Source: Azolla caroliniana (Eukaryota > Plantae > Polypodiophyta). Taken from it: a stretch of DNA of 64,000 bases. Positions 13,221-26,584 of this stretch are shown piece by piece. The stretch spans positions 930,001 to 994,000 of the forward strand of contig JBHGNT010000008.1 in the NCBI GenBank assembly GCA_043228905.1. The letters run 5' to 3'. How positions within the stretch are numbered: the stretch's first letter is position 1; every line of letters begins with the position of its first letter. The notes beneath the pieces were generated by a model that was not told the origin of the DNA, searched no databases, and saw only the letters and a list, made by a program, of their open reading frames with translations. The translations under genes and the position numbers were made by a program.

Positions 13221-14954
13221 CTAGGATGGCTTGGCTACCCTAGGGTTCGTGGGGGAGAATTGTGAGTGGGATCACCGTAAGGAATGGTCTAAAAAGCAAA
13301 TAAATAAATAAAAGTAAGAGCCACAATATTACCACAACATGTGCATTCTTTATAAGCTCATGGTTGAGAGGCGTATCCCATCTACTTATTGAGATGATCC
13401 ACACCCTCATGAAAAGAAATCAAATGTTAAGTATAAGTAGACTTTTCATGTGAAATAAGACTATACACACTAAATTGCATTTTGAATTTGTGGATCTAAG
13501 ATTAAATTAATATGATAAATTCATCATAATTTAAGTCGAATGCCAATGACTATCCTTTAAATGGTGACGTCCCATGCTTGATATAAAAAAAAATCTCCAT
13601 GTAATTGATGATTGGCAAAGTCCAAGATTAGAGTTTGTTAGAGTTTCTTATAGATGAAGGCTAAAAATGATAGGGAGGTTAAGGGAGAGGAGAAATGGCC
13701 TTAACACTCATAGATGCCCATTCATCATAACCTCATAAATGACTTAAATGGGACAAAAGAGCATTGTTAAGGAATCTAGAATATCCTCGAAGCCAAATAC
13801 AAGAATGACAATAAAGTGGAATTATCATGGCCTTATAAACGTCAATGAGCACATCCTTTACTAAACATTTCAATGTACAAAACATATGAAAAGTTCCACA
13901 TCATGATATTTATTCAATGTTTAATTAGATTTTTATGTGCAAAAGCTTGTTTTCTTATTATTGTGTTGTTACGACGTGTCCTGTGTGTCCTACACAGACA
14001 CATCGATCTTTCTCCAATACAAAATTTTCCATGGCATGCCCTGCACGAGTACTCATGTAGATTCCATCAATAGAAAAATCCCAAAATACTCTTTGATAAG
14101 TTGCAATTACTCACACGCTATTTGCCCATGCATGGTAGCTATTAGACAAACGTGATTCACAATGAATCATAATGATACAACGTAACACAAAGCTTTCATA
14201 AAATCCAACTAGTCCAACTTGCCTACAAGCGTATGAGGTTGACAACTTATATATACTTTTTGGGGTGGGAGGGGTCATGATGTCACATCGAATCTTGTTG
14301 GTGAGAAATTATGAATGGGTGGGCTATTCATAGAAAGGGGGGATAGGACATTTGGCATCATATGGTTGAACATGTGGCTTTTGATCGATCTTCTTGGCAC
14401 TAGTATACAATCTAAGATCCTTTTTTGAACTTGCTGTTCCGAACATCAATAAACTAGCTTATAAAAATCAAAGGTATCAAGGTTATATTACATTACATAT
14501 GTGCAAACTTACCAATTCTTTTGTAAAGAGAAAGTTTAACTTTAATATTGTCTATTTGCATTGAGACACAAACTTAATTGTTAGCTATCTATTTTAGAAA
14601 GAATGTGCCTTACTCCTCTTTATCAAATGAGTTCTATTGTCACTTTTTTTGGCACTCAACTTTGTTACATGTCATTATTTGACAAATTAAGTTTGTCTCA
14701 TATAAAACAGTAGTGCAACAAAACTTATGAAATGGATGCTTCATATACTAGAGTTCCTTTATAGCTATGTCAATAAAATGGAATTCATATGCTTTTATCA
14801 TTGCATGTTATAAGATTGTGGTATCATTTTCAAACCTCCAAATTATGGAAAGTGAGGTTGTCAAGCCATGTGTCGTGTCTCAGACTATGATATTATGTGG
14901 AAAGTGAATTTGTCAAACCATTTAAAAAGTGTTACCCGATCTTAAACTAACAAA

Positions 14955-15190
14955 GGTTTTGGAAAGTGTTGAGCAATTCTTTTGGGGAAAAGTGTTTCAC
15001 GATCTTGAGAACATGCATGCTTTTTGCGAAGAACACAACGTTAGACCAACAACTTCAATGCAAATAAACCATAATGTTGAGTGATTCTTTTAGGAGACAA
15101 GTGTTTCACGACCTTCAGAACATGCGTGCTTTTTACAAAGAACACAACACTAGACCAACGACCTCAAAGCAATAAACTATAATGTTTACT
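14955..15190. repeat. Tandem duplication of a ~107 bp unit
   Basis: TGTTGAG..ATTCTTT...AAGTGTTTCACGA-CTT-AGAACATGC-TGCTTTTT...GAACACAAC-TAGACCAAC occurs twice. Confidence 0.8.
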
Positions 15191-15766
15191 AGGACGTCAC
15201 CATGATTATACCAATAGTAAACATAAATTGACGTTGAATAAAGTTATATTGCTAGACTCACTAAGTTTCTCTCCTCGGTCTCATAGGTCAAATTTGGCCT
15301 CCTTGTGGACAATTTTTTTTCTTATCTATTCTCTTCTCATTTTTCGAGCTATAATCAAGGTACTAATCTAGGTTCTATTATTTATGTGCAAGCACATTGG
15401 TTTCCCTCATCAAATATAAATCAATGACTGAATCTAACTTCAAAGCTAATACCTTTTTCTTGAAAGACCCCACACTAATGTGACTTTCTTTATCGAGTTT
15501 GTCTTTGATGGTAGTTTGTAAACGTAAGCAACCATAAGCTACGATGTGTCATCAGACAATCCTTTTTCAATGTAAAAAAAAGGTGAATAACTCTCGCACT
15601 TAATTAACGACATACAATGGTGCACACTTATGTTTCTTTATGGGCCACATATAAATAATTGTAAATATTAAGCACTAAAGAAGATCTCCATGTTAAAACA
15701 TATCCATGCATCAATCATGTTGGGGTAACAATTTATGTTTTTAACCTACTTAGGGTTGATTTCGAA

Positions 15767-15770
<4 letters not shown>

Positions 15771-15811
<41 letters not shown>

Positions 15812-15813
15812 TA
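15771..15813. repeat. (TA)n microsatellite
   Basis: Directly visible run. Confidence 0.95.
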
Positions 15814-16683
15814 CACTCTTCCTTTTTTTGCCTTTGTCTTTCTTGTTCCCATTTACTTCCTTACCCTACTCTCCATGAGATGACATTTGTACACGATGTT
15901 CACATCTCGCTTGTGTTCGCTCTGATGCGAACATCTCAAGTAAGACAAAAATATTAGGCAACAATGAACGTTCAATGCCCTACATTGTTAACGTGTCAAA
16001 TGACCTTTTGTGCATGGTGGTTGGTTCACATCTAGTAAATGACTTGAATGACATGGGGGGGTGTGGGGGGTGGTACACATACACTTTTATCTCAAGAGTA
16101 TCGTCCTTTGTTATGCAATTTATTTCTCTTTGGAGCGCATAATATCATGCACACATTCTCTCTACCTCTTTGTTTAGTCTCACTATTGTTTGTCTTATTG
16201 ACTCTAGCTCTACTCTCTATGTCTCTTCCTCTCTCTTTCTAGCAATGTCTATTTTTATTCGCTTTTGTGGCCATGCTAGTGACATCCAATCCCACAGTGG
16301 ACACTGAATTTGTAAAGATATTTGTTTATGGGTGAAAGGGTATTTGAACTAATAGAAGATATAAAGGCATGAATGATTTTGCAATGTACATAACAAACTG
16401 CTTAAGGTCGTGAATAATTTTGCTTACCCAGTGCCCACCACAACATCATGTTTATACATAAACTTTATAAATGCTATAAAGACACATGAAGCAATGGTTA
16501 CACCATGTGCTTTTATTGTAGTGTATTGTTGTTGTTTCCTCTTTTTGTTGTTCCTTTTATTAAGATATCACCTTGTTTTCTTTTCTAATTCCATATGATA
16601 CCTTTGCAACGAGGGTAAATAATTACGAAGTTTGATCTCTTGTGTTTGAACCTTGACCATGCACACAAAGACACATTCTTGAT

Positions 16684-16707
16684 TTTTGGAAAAAAATGAA
16701 AAAGAAA
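16684..16707 (+). mobile_element. Extremely 5'-truncated LINE insertion (terminal TTTTGG plus A-rich tail)
   Basis: Flanked by a perfect 17-bp direct repeat AAAGACACATTCTTGAT (16667-16683 and 16708-16724). The insert equals the terminus shared by the LINEs in this window. Confidence 0.75.
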
Positions 16708-17086
16708 AAAGACACATTCTTGATCATATAGTAAGGTTCCAACTTGCAATATTGATAACGCAAACTCGACAAATGCATGGAAACATATAATATATATGTA
16801 TTTGTATTATAGAAAACATTAGCCAACATTGGGCACAATAAATGAAACAAGGACAGTTGTCATGTTGATGTTTACATATTTTGTTATTGACATCAATAAG
16901 CCACTTAATTTTAGTGTGTCAATGATATCTACCACTTAACGTTGCATACAAATTTTAGTGTTTATTAGGAAGGCTTTTTAAATACCTCTCAAATTCATAT
17001 AGAATTATGAAAGTACTTGTGTTCTAAAATTCTTAAGGTACCCCTAATGTCTCAAAAAACTTGAAGAATCTCACTTATCTTTAGAG

Positions 17087-17287
17087 TTTTTTTTTTTCCA
17101 AATAAGAATATACTCCATTAGTTAAAATGACATACAATACACAACTTTAGTCCCTCTAACGGGTACTCATTACCTACTTCCACATGGGCTACATCACTTA
17201 TTTATCTTACACTCAATAGCCCACATGTTTGTTCTCTATGTTTCTCATGTCATTCACGCCCCTCTATCATCTAATGGGAGGGGGGAA
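17087..17287 (-). mobile_element. ~200 bp 5'-truncated LINE 3' end
   Basis: Minus strand starts TTC CCC CCT CCC ATT AGA TGA (FPPPIR*, like the other ORF2 termini) and ends AACTAATGG...TTTGG+A-tail. Near-TSD ACTTATCTTTAGAG (17073-17086) / ACTTATATATAGAG (17287-17300), 12 of 14 identical. Confidence 0.7.
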
Positions 17288-17360
17288 CTTATATATAGAG
17301 TTTTGTGAAACTTTAGGAGTGTTTTGATCAATTTCTTTTACCTTCTCTTAACTAGAATAA

Positions 17361-20300
17361 AGACACAGGGAGATAGATATATTAAAGACAATATAGCAAG
17401 AGAAAGATATTGTGATGACAGGGTTAATGGAGTTGGAACGAGAGATGAACCGCTCCATTGCACCTGCCTCTACGTCAATGCACAAGACCAAGGATGCCGC
17501 CGCTCTTACGACTGCCTCTATAGGCGTACATGCAACCGTCGCATGTATGGCTGATCTGACAACATGTGGACAGGGGAATAAGACAATGGTGATGCCTGCA
17601 TATTCACTTGTTACTTTGGCACCAAGTGGACATGCAATTTCACCACTAAGGTTGTTGCTTCAAGGTCGTCAGAGGGATTATCTGCTGGAGGAAAGACTAG
17701 GATTGGAAGAGATAGCAAGAAATCAGATATGGCAAGAACTTTGCTCAATGGGGTTGTAGGTGATGGTTCGATGAACATTGATGCAAGTTCAAGACAGGAA
17801 CACTCACCACAAGGTCGTGATCAATTTTATCGGGGCTCTAGTGTAGGTAACCCAGATGCAACTCCTATTTCAGACAATGTGGTTGAACTCCTCTTATCGG
17901 AACAAGATATGATTCATATCTTGCAAGAGATTCAAGTGATGGAAAGGCGGACGATCATTGCACATGTGTTAGGGATTCGTCCGTCGTGTGTTGATCTGCG
18001 TTTATTGTTGCAAGCTGCTTTAAAGCAGGATGTTGACAAAATTGTGGATGTGCAGTTGTTAGGAAGGAACTACTATCAACTCGAGTTTGAATTAGATCGA
18101 ATGGTGCTATTTATGTTAGAAAGGAAAGCTATCATAGTCAAGGGAGGATGGGTTTCTTTTCACAAATGGATCCACAATTTCTCGGCAAACCAGGTACATC
18201 ATGACCTTGACTCTTTTTATACATGTATGGTGGTTCTCCCGAACTTGCATAAAGGATGGACAACTTCTATCGCATTAATTGCTGCTACAATTGGTACGGT
18301 ATTAGAGGTATATGATAAAACACGAAAAGAAGGAGACAAAATGTTAGGTATGATGTCAGCTAAGATTCTGGTTTCTAAGGCTACGGTATTGCCATCTCAC
18401 ATTCTGTTGCCCAATTTGTTGAACTCAACGCAGTCTCCGTATTCTTAGAAAATCATGTACCGAGGTCTGCCCAATCAATGTTTTCGGTGTTTTGGGTTTG
18501 GCCATTTGGCCAAAAATTGTCCTAAGTTTCAAAATGCCTCTCATATAGTGGAGCCCTCTACAACCATTATTCCATACAAGGACTCATCTGAAGGATGGAC
18601 TATAGTAGGGAATAGGAAAACATCTCGACCAAGTAAAACCAACAATACAGGCTAATAACCTTCAGGAATTTCCTCCCCTTCAGAATAAATATACAACACT
18701 TCATGTAGATGATGAGGATCCTCAAGTGCCACTCGTGACAGGTTCATTGATCTCATCGAAGACTGATACATGTCCCCCAATGACAACAATACCTTCTAAT
18801 TCATCTTCTCGGTTGATAGAGGGCCAACCACCTACCAAAACAATCTCGCCAGATAAATTGAAATAGAAGGAAGATGACATGGAGATTGACATAGCTCAAC
18901 AAGGAAAGTTAGAGCTACAAGGGCAACAGAAGATGGTGGCTGTCACTATCCAACAATTGGAGGAAACTGCACCTATACCTACAACTGATAATAACAAAGG
19001 AAAAACTCTTTATGAGAAAAAGGAAACAATGGAAGTAGAATTGTTATTGACAGAGAAAGACGCCAATGGTTTCAAGTTTGGATCCTCGAAAGATATGGTA
19101 GCTGACTAGGTGTTGGATAAGGTTGTCAAAGAGCATAGGGTTCATAAGTATGCAAGGAAGGACTTGCTAACAAAGCGACAAATCCACGCTCAAGAGGGCG
19201 CTAAGAAGAGTTGTCAGGATGTTCTCCTTGAGAAACGGACATCTTCAAATCATATGTAGTATGGACAAGTTAAATATCCTTTCCTAGAACGTGCAAGGCC
19301 TAGGGGGTTAGGCCTTTCCTAGATTTAAAGGACTTATACGAGCATATTTAGATACACCTAATGTTGGTGGTATTGATATTCTTTTTTTGCAAGAGCATCA
19401 CTTGTCTGCTGATAGGATACGAAGTTATGGTTCCATCCTGCCAGAGAAATGGATACATTTCTGGGTCCCAACGATAGGTCCAAATAGTAGACAAACTGGT
19501 TCATGTATGGCTATTAAAGAACAATGGGCATCCATCATAGTCTTGGCAGGTACTATGTTGAAAAAAAGAGTGCAGTTTCTTATTCTTCAAATAGGACCTC
19601 AAAAGACTAGTATTATAAATCTATATGCTTCTAACTCGGCCTTAGAAAGAGCTTCCTTTGGGATTTCTCTTTCTCAATACACCGGATTAGCAGATTCTTG
19701 GCTTGTGGGTGGTGACTTTAACATGATTGAAGAAGCATCTGATAGAAGGGAAAGCTCAATCAGTACAATTACAGGCCGAGAAGCTAGAGCTTGGGATTCC
19801 TTCTATTTCTCTTTTGATTGATTGGTCCTATGGAATATTCACTCCATTTCTTGAATGCAAGGCTCTCTTCGTTTCTCCTGGTCAAATGATAGTGTGGTTG
19901 CAGCTAATTTGGCACAATTGGATAGGATCTATGTTAGTAGGTTTTTCTAGGAAGCTTCTGGATCTATGGGGATTATTGCCGGGATGGTAACTTCTGATCA
20001 TTATCCATTGAAGTTAAACATTGTATTCACCAAAAGATCCTATCTTAAGCAATTCTGTATCCCGGCCTCATTGCTTGTTGATGAAAATCATAGAGTTTCT
20101 ATAGCTCAAATATGGTCTAAAAATAGCTTCTATGATGCCTTTCTACTAAGAGATATCACTTATGCCATCCTTGATGTCAAGAGCTTCTTCATAAACATAA
20201 TTGCCTCTTCAGTTGATCGATGGAATGCATAGATTCCTAATTTGCGTCGAGCATTGGCTGCAACACAAAAGTTATTGGAAAAATACCCAACCTCACCTAT

Positions 20301-23300
20301 GTTGCTCTTGGATTTATAAGAAGTAAAAAGTAATTTAAAAGAAAAGCAACATGTGAGAGGCTTGTATTTCTACCAATGTAATACAACTTCTTGGTCACAG
20401 ACGCAAGATAGGGTTAACAGAGAGTTCTTCAGTCAATTTTGTGAATGTAAACGTGCGGAAGCATTAGACAGAACCGGCTCAACCAGATAGCAACAGAGAA
20501 TAAGAGGTTTAATGGAGAAGCTTAATACACAGAGAGAGTATACACAGAAGAGACAAAGAGAGCAGAACATAAACGTTTATTCAAAATAACTCTACAACTT
20601 TGTACATACAACATGCTAAACAACACTATTTATACAAGTCCATAAAGGACTGACAAGTACTTCAATATTCCTACGTGCGACTGACACTAACTACGAGACA
20701 ATGCTTACCTAGTAGTTTAGGCTACTACTAGGTCTCCGGTTCACGCTCGAATCCGGCTCTTCGATCCGTCTCCCCGATCTGGCTTAGGCTTCTTCAGCCG
20801 ATCCAGATCCGGTTGAGCTTGCTTGCTCAACAAATTTAAACAGAAGTATAAAACACTATCTATCAAAACCCTAAAACGACTTGATGATTCTGAGATGCGG
20901 GACATAGCTACGACATGTTACCATCAATTGTTATCTGCTAAATCCTTCTCAGAGGAAGATCTTAATAAGAGACAACTTGTACTAGAAATAGTATAACAGA
21001 AGGTCACTCACGTAATGGCTTCACAATTGCTTCAACCATTTACAGACACTAAAGTCTGGAGTCTGGACAACGGCTAAATCCTTGGGTAAATATGTGTGTC
21101 CTGGAAAGGATGCCATAGGAGTGGTATTCTATTTGCATTACTGGGACTTGTTGGGGCCTATCTTACTAGAGCAGTTAATTTAATTTTCTCATCAGGGAAT
21201 ATGCTCAATGTATGGACGGAAGGAATCATATACATGATTCCGAAATTAGATGCTCAATGTAATGAAATCTCAAAATGGCATCCAATAACTTTGCTTAATG
21301 ACATCTATAAAATAGTAGAAAAGACTACAGCCAATAGAATGCGACTGTTGCTTCCTTCGATTATACATTATACACAATCAAGATTCCTTCAAGACAAAGC
21401 ATCTTTGACAATATCTTCCTTTTTTGGGAGATGATTGCATTGGCTCAACATCACGAGAAAGCATATGATAAAGTAGATTGGGACTTTCTAGAGGCAATTC
21501 TATTAAGATTAGGGTTTCCAAGTGCATGGATAAAATGTGTGTTTGCATTATATAGACATGCTTCTAGCTTGGTTCTATTTTCTGGAGGCAATTTCCAGAT
21601 CTATTCAACAAGGTTGTCCGTTAGCACCATTTCTTTTCATTTTATTTGGGGAAGCTCTATCATCTTTTCTTAGATCCTCAACGACGGCTATCCAAGCAAT
21701 AGCCTTATCTATTGCAAACTCGATAGTTATTGATGTCGAGTTTGCGGATGACACTGCTCTTTATATTCGCGGAGATGTTGCTAAACTTGATCGGGTACAA
21801 AATGCTTTACAAATATTTTCAAATGCTACTAGATCCTCTCTCTATTGGAATAAATCTGTAGGCCTTTGGGCCAGTGATGAACCGCGTCCAGAGTGGTATC
21901 CAGGCCCTACATTCCGTTGGCTAAATCATGGGGAGCCCATTCGTTACTTAGGTTGTCTTGTTGGCATAAATTTACCATCTGAAGTGATGCTATCACCATT
22001 GCTATTATCCATTAAGTGTAAGTTGGCATATTGGGACTCACAATAGTTATCCCTTGCAGGTCGGGTTGTCATTGCAAATTCGGTGTTGCTGGCGTCAATG
22101 TGGTTTATCGCATCTGCTTGGCTGTTCTCTAGGTCGGCAATCATGAAAGTTCAAAGCCTCATACGTAACTTCCTCTGGGGTGGAAAGAATGGGTCTCGTG
22201 CAGTGGCCAAGGTGGCATGGGATGTTTTGATTAGGCCAAAAAGTCAGGGAGGGTTGGCTTGATAAATCTCTTGATACAATCTCGAGCTCTCTTGACAAAG
22301 TTTGTAGTCAGAGGGCTATTGCTAGGGATAGAGGCATGGAAGGGTATGCTACTTAATCAGCTGATGCAATTATCTCCCAAGACGGGAGGAAACTGGTTGC
22401 CTTCTTTGAAATGGATGTTCTTGACAGATGTACAGACACCAAGACAGAATCTAACATTCAATAGGTTTCTACGGGGAATCGTCAAAGCATGGGATGTAAT
22501 CAATATTTTTTTACACAAGAAGATCCCTAACACATGGGATGGTTGGATGAATCAGCCGCTTTTGGCTAATTCTCTCGTCCGGGATTCTATTGGAAATGTA
22601 TTAGGCCTTAGACCTTGTCTTACATGGGGAAAACTTGACAATGGGCCAGCAACATCAGTAGGATCCTTGATTCATTTTTAGTAGATGCCAGAAGTGGATC
22701 GACTTAAGCAGTTACACTCGATATATGGGGCGAAGACAATGACAATGGATATTTTAGCGGCCTTCTCACAAGCCTTAGTGTGACTTCAACCAATGCAGGA
22801 ACATATGTGGTTTGGTTGCCTTACGAATGACATGATGCTCTTTGTTAAAGGAATTTCTACAGACGGGTGCATTTTTTATTTCCCTATTCAACAGGATAAT
22901 AAATTGCAGCCTTATACACCCTCTGATAATTTACTACAAAACCTACTTGTTGTTCCAGTAAGGGGGATTACCAAAACTGGTAAGAAATGGCTATTGGATC
23001 CACAATCGTCAATAGCTCATTTGTGGGATATGCTTTGGTTATATGCACGACATCCAGTTAATAAGCTGATGTGGACCCAAGGGATGGTTTTGGACTAGTC
23101 CCATGATGGATCCAATGCAGAAAGTTGCATTCTTTTAGTATACTGTGAAGTTTAGTAGAACCTTACTCATCTCTAAGAATATTCCAACTCCTACGGCTCA
23201 AAAGCACTGGAATAAGTGGGGTGTTTCAAGCAATCATTTGAAGGATCGGTCTTTTCAGGATTTGGTCTTTTTAGGGACCAACAAAATACATTCTCTTCAG

Positions 23301-24020
23301 ATGGCTTTTACTACATGCAACATTATCAGTAGGTTAGTCTATGAAAGGAAATGTGGCACCCATACTTAGACAATGTAGTTATTGCGGTGACTTGCAGGAA
23401 ACTACCAAGCATGCTCTTTTGTCCTGTTCACTAGCCCAACAGGTATGGAATAAAGTTCTTTCTTTATTCTTGACAATTAATGCAAGTTGCCTCTTCTCTG
23501 TATGGGGGGTTCTCCATTCCAGTCTCTTATTGTATGAGACAGATGATGTTCTAGAGGCTAAGACAACCATCAACACGCATCTAATATCTGTCTCCCCTTT
23601 TCAGCAACCTCGAAAGCAAATGCGTGCAACCCATGTATGGAAAACAGTATCTACAGTTACATTATGGACCTTATGGAAGTATCAGTGTAAAAGACAATAT
23701 GATTCCATAATTCCCCTTCTCTTAGATATATTGCTAGAATTATGGGAGAGCTTATTGGCGGTAGTGGGTGGGCAATATGACAATATGTCAGGCTCTTCGG
23801 AGGTTGTTCTTAAGAAAAGGAAAAAATTACTACAGTTATGGAGGAAGTTGCCTCTATTCACGGTTTCCTCTCAAGGACCCATCTGGAAATATCATCACCC
23901 TTGGCCCTTCCCCTGATCATCCTTTTTGTATATAATACTCTCTAATTGTACATTGTGTAGCCTTCAGGCGTTTTTTCTTAATATTAATGAAGGAAATCCT
24001 TTTGGAAAAATAAAATAAAA
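17361..24020 (+). mobile_element. Near full-length degenerate L1-type LINE (ORF1 + ORF2), interrupted by a solo LTR
   Basis: ORF1 fragments 17412-19250 with a DUF4283-like region and CCHC knuckle CFRCFGFGHLAKNC. ORF2 from 19261 with EN (QEHHL, GGDFN, SDHYP), RT (WHPITLLN, KAYDKVDW, QGCPLAP, EFADDT, RYLG) and C-terminal CSYC...H...C. Many stops and frameshifts; ends TTTTGG+A-tail. 5' boundary approximate. Confidence 0.9.
20440..20832 (-). mobile_element. Copia-family solo LTR
   Basis: TG...CA ends with perfect 5-bp TSD AATTT (20435-20439, 20833-20837). Shares GCGGAAGC, CTGACACTAACTACGAGAC and GAGCTTGC..CTCAACA with the LTRs at 24965, 31049 and 58503. Removing it restores LINE ORF2 (FFSQFKQKYK). 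Confidence 0.93.
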
Positions 24021-24964
24021 CAACTAGAGTGATAATTGACCACATACTCACGCCAAACAATTAGAAGGATTAGTGACCACAAAATAGAGATAAGTTGACC
24101 AAAGATTAGAGAGAAATAATTCTCAGAAATACATAAGAGAATAGAGAGAAAAAATAGAGAAGATACACGTTTTCTTTTATACTTGTCAAAATGTTTGTAT
24201 GTGTAGAAGTTTTTGCTACAAATTTGTTGGTTATGACATTGCTCACTATGACCACACAATAAGGTTGTGGGCACATAACAAAAAGCCGTGAGGAAATAAC
24301 GTAGTCTTTCACCCCATGTGTCCAATTTACATATAGAAGTATATAGTATTGGTGTTGGAAGTGGACTCTGGAGTAGGGAAAAGTGCATAAATATGAAACA
24401 TTGGCAAAAGAGAGTCTTTACACTAACCAATCATTGAAAAAAGAAGATCTATGTAGATTCCACATTCACTACCAACAATATCTAGTCATTGAGCTACCGT
24501 TGGAATGGAGGTGTGTTGCCCAAGCCTTATATAGGAATGACTCGAGTAAGGTGTTGATTGCAGAAGTGATGAAGGTCATTGAGCTACCATTGGAATGCAG
24601 GTGTGTTGCCCAAGACTTATATAGGAATGGCTCGAGTAAGGTGTTGATTGCAGGAAGGAAAGGAGCTCGAATATTTCTAACTAGATCCATCAGGCAAGGT
24701 TGTCCTCTTGCCCCCTTTTTGTTCCTTTTTATTATTGAAGCAATGTCTTCCTTTTTTAATAGTCAAGGGGCAAATCTTCATGGTCTTTCGATCCCTAACT
24801 CAAGGAAGTCCCTGCTGGACTCGGAGTTTGCGGACGATACGATGTTATACCTCCAAGGAAATGAAACGAATCTTGAGAGGGCACAAAGTGCTATTGATCT
24901 CTTTTGCAAAGCATCGGGAACCTCCATCAATTGGAATAAGTCCAAGGGTTTCTAGATTAGCTCG

Positions 24965-25408
24965 TGAAAAAGAATAGCGTGTGCGGAAGCAATAGAAAAT
25001 AGAACACAGAAACACAGGTTTAATGGAAAGCTTGATAGTACGCGGGAGAGATAGAGAAAGAGCAGAACAACATTAATCTATTTCAAAACAATAATAGTTC
25101 TCTGTACATAAAACGTGCTCAACAACACTACTTATACAAGTCCTAAGAGGACTGACAGAAGTACGGTGTACTTCAATGCTCACTCGAGCGTCTGACACTA
25201 ACTACGAGACTATTAACTATTTAGTAGTCTAGGCTACTACTAGGCTTCCGGTTACTGTTTGATCCAGCTAACCGGCTCCCTGGCTCACCGGCTCAATTGC
25301 TCACCGGCTCGCCGATCCGTCTCACCGATCTGGCTTCATCCTTCTGGATGCCGATCCGGCTCAGGCTTATTCAGACGATCTGGATCCGGTTGAGCTTGCC
25401 ACACAACA
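24965..25408 (-). repeat. 3' LTR of Copia element A
   Basis: TGAAAAAGAATAG...CACAACA. Differs from the 5' LTR by roughly 15 substitutions (counted by eye) and a ~39 bp indel. Confidence 0.95.
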
Positions 25409-26092
25409 CTCCCCCTCAAGCTCAACTTGAGGTCGGATCGTAGTGTCAGTCTCCATGGCAACCGATCCTTTCACCCAGCTCCTTTTGGCGTCACTTCGCC
25501 TCGCTCGTGCCCCTCGTCCGGTCCGGTCCCGTTTGCTGCGACTCCTTTGGTTCTGCGCGCCTCGACCTCCTTGGTCGGCTTGTCTGCTCAACATGCCCAA
25601 TTTAGCTTCATCGTTGTTGTGACTTCGGCGCTTGCCGATTCGCCGATTCCTTCGTGTTGGCGTCAACTTTCGCTGCCTTCTCGTCCTCTTGGCCTTGAAA
25701 TGTTCTGGTTCTTCCAAATCCGTCTGTTGAACCGAATCGGTTGTCTCCAATTCGTTCCAGCTCTTGTCCGAATCGGTCGCTGCCAATTTGTTTTCCGGTT
25801 CTAGGCCCTTCACCACATTGGACCATGTCCAGGTCTTAGTGGCTTTGTCCTTCTTGACTCTGTCGCCACTGCCTCTTATTCCGACTTGTTCAGATGTGTC
25901 AACTTCCTTTGTTGACTCGACTCCTTTCTTCTTCTTGTCTCCCCTCTTGTCGGTTCTTCCCTTACCGGCGCAATCAACAGTCTCTTTGCCTTTGCTCGTT
26001 CTGGTGTCTTTGCCCATTCTCCCTCTCAAGTGTGGCACGTCAAGATGCTGAACACCAAGCATTTTGGTGAAGTGCTGCAACTTGTCTAACCC

Positions 26093-26584
26093 ACAGGAGA
26101 CGACGAGCTGAACACTCCTGGTAGGCGGTTCGGCAGCAAGAGGTGGTCGTTCAAGAAAAGGGGCGTGCCCTGCACGAGGATCCCGTCGCGCGTCTGAGCC
26201 TGGGTGCTCCCCGACCGGTCTGGGATGCAGGCTCCCTCTTTCCCTCTCTGTGCGGAACCGACGTCGTGTGCGTGATGCTGAGTTCTAACCGGTGCCGAAG
26301 AGCCGGTCAAAACCGGGTGTATATGTGTGTGTGCGTGCGCGCGGGCGCGGTTAACCGGGCCATGACCTGTGCCTGTTTTGGGCCCTTGTACATACGAACC
26401 AAGGGGCAGTGAAGATGAGCGCGCGTCTTCTCACTCCGCGGACGGTTATCGGTTGCAGCCGAGAAGAAATCGGCAGTGCGGCAAGATCCCAAGGACTCGA
26501 GCCTCCGACAGCCTCCTCTCTCCTGGTCCATGACCCCGGTGGTCCCGCTTGGATTCGACATGCAAGCGTGGAATCCCGCGACAA
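26093..26584 (-). mobile_element. GC-rich foreign segment (probable LTR fragment of another retroelement) replacing the RNase H tail
   Basis: Absent from element B, which has ~76 bp of RNase H coding sequence at the homologous site (59677-59752). On the minus strand it begins TGTCGCGGGATTCC. Confidence 0.6.
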
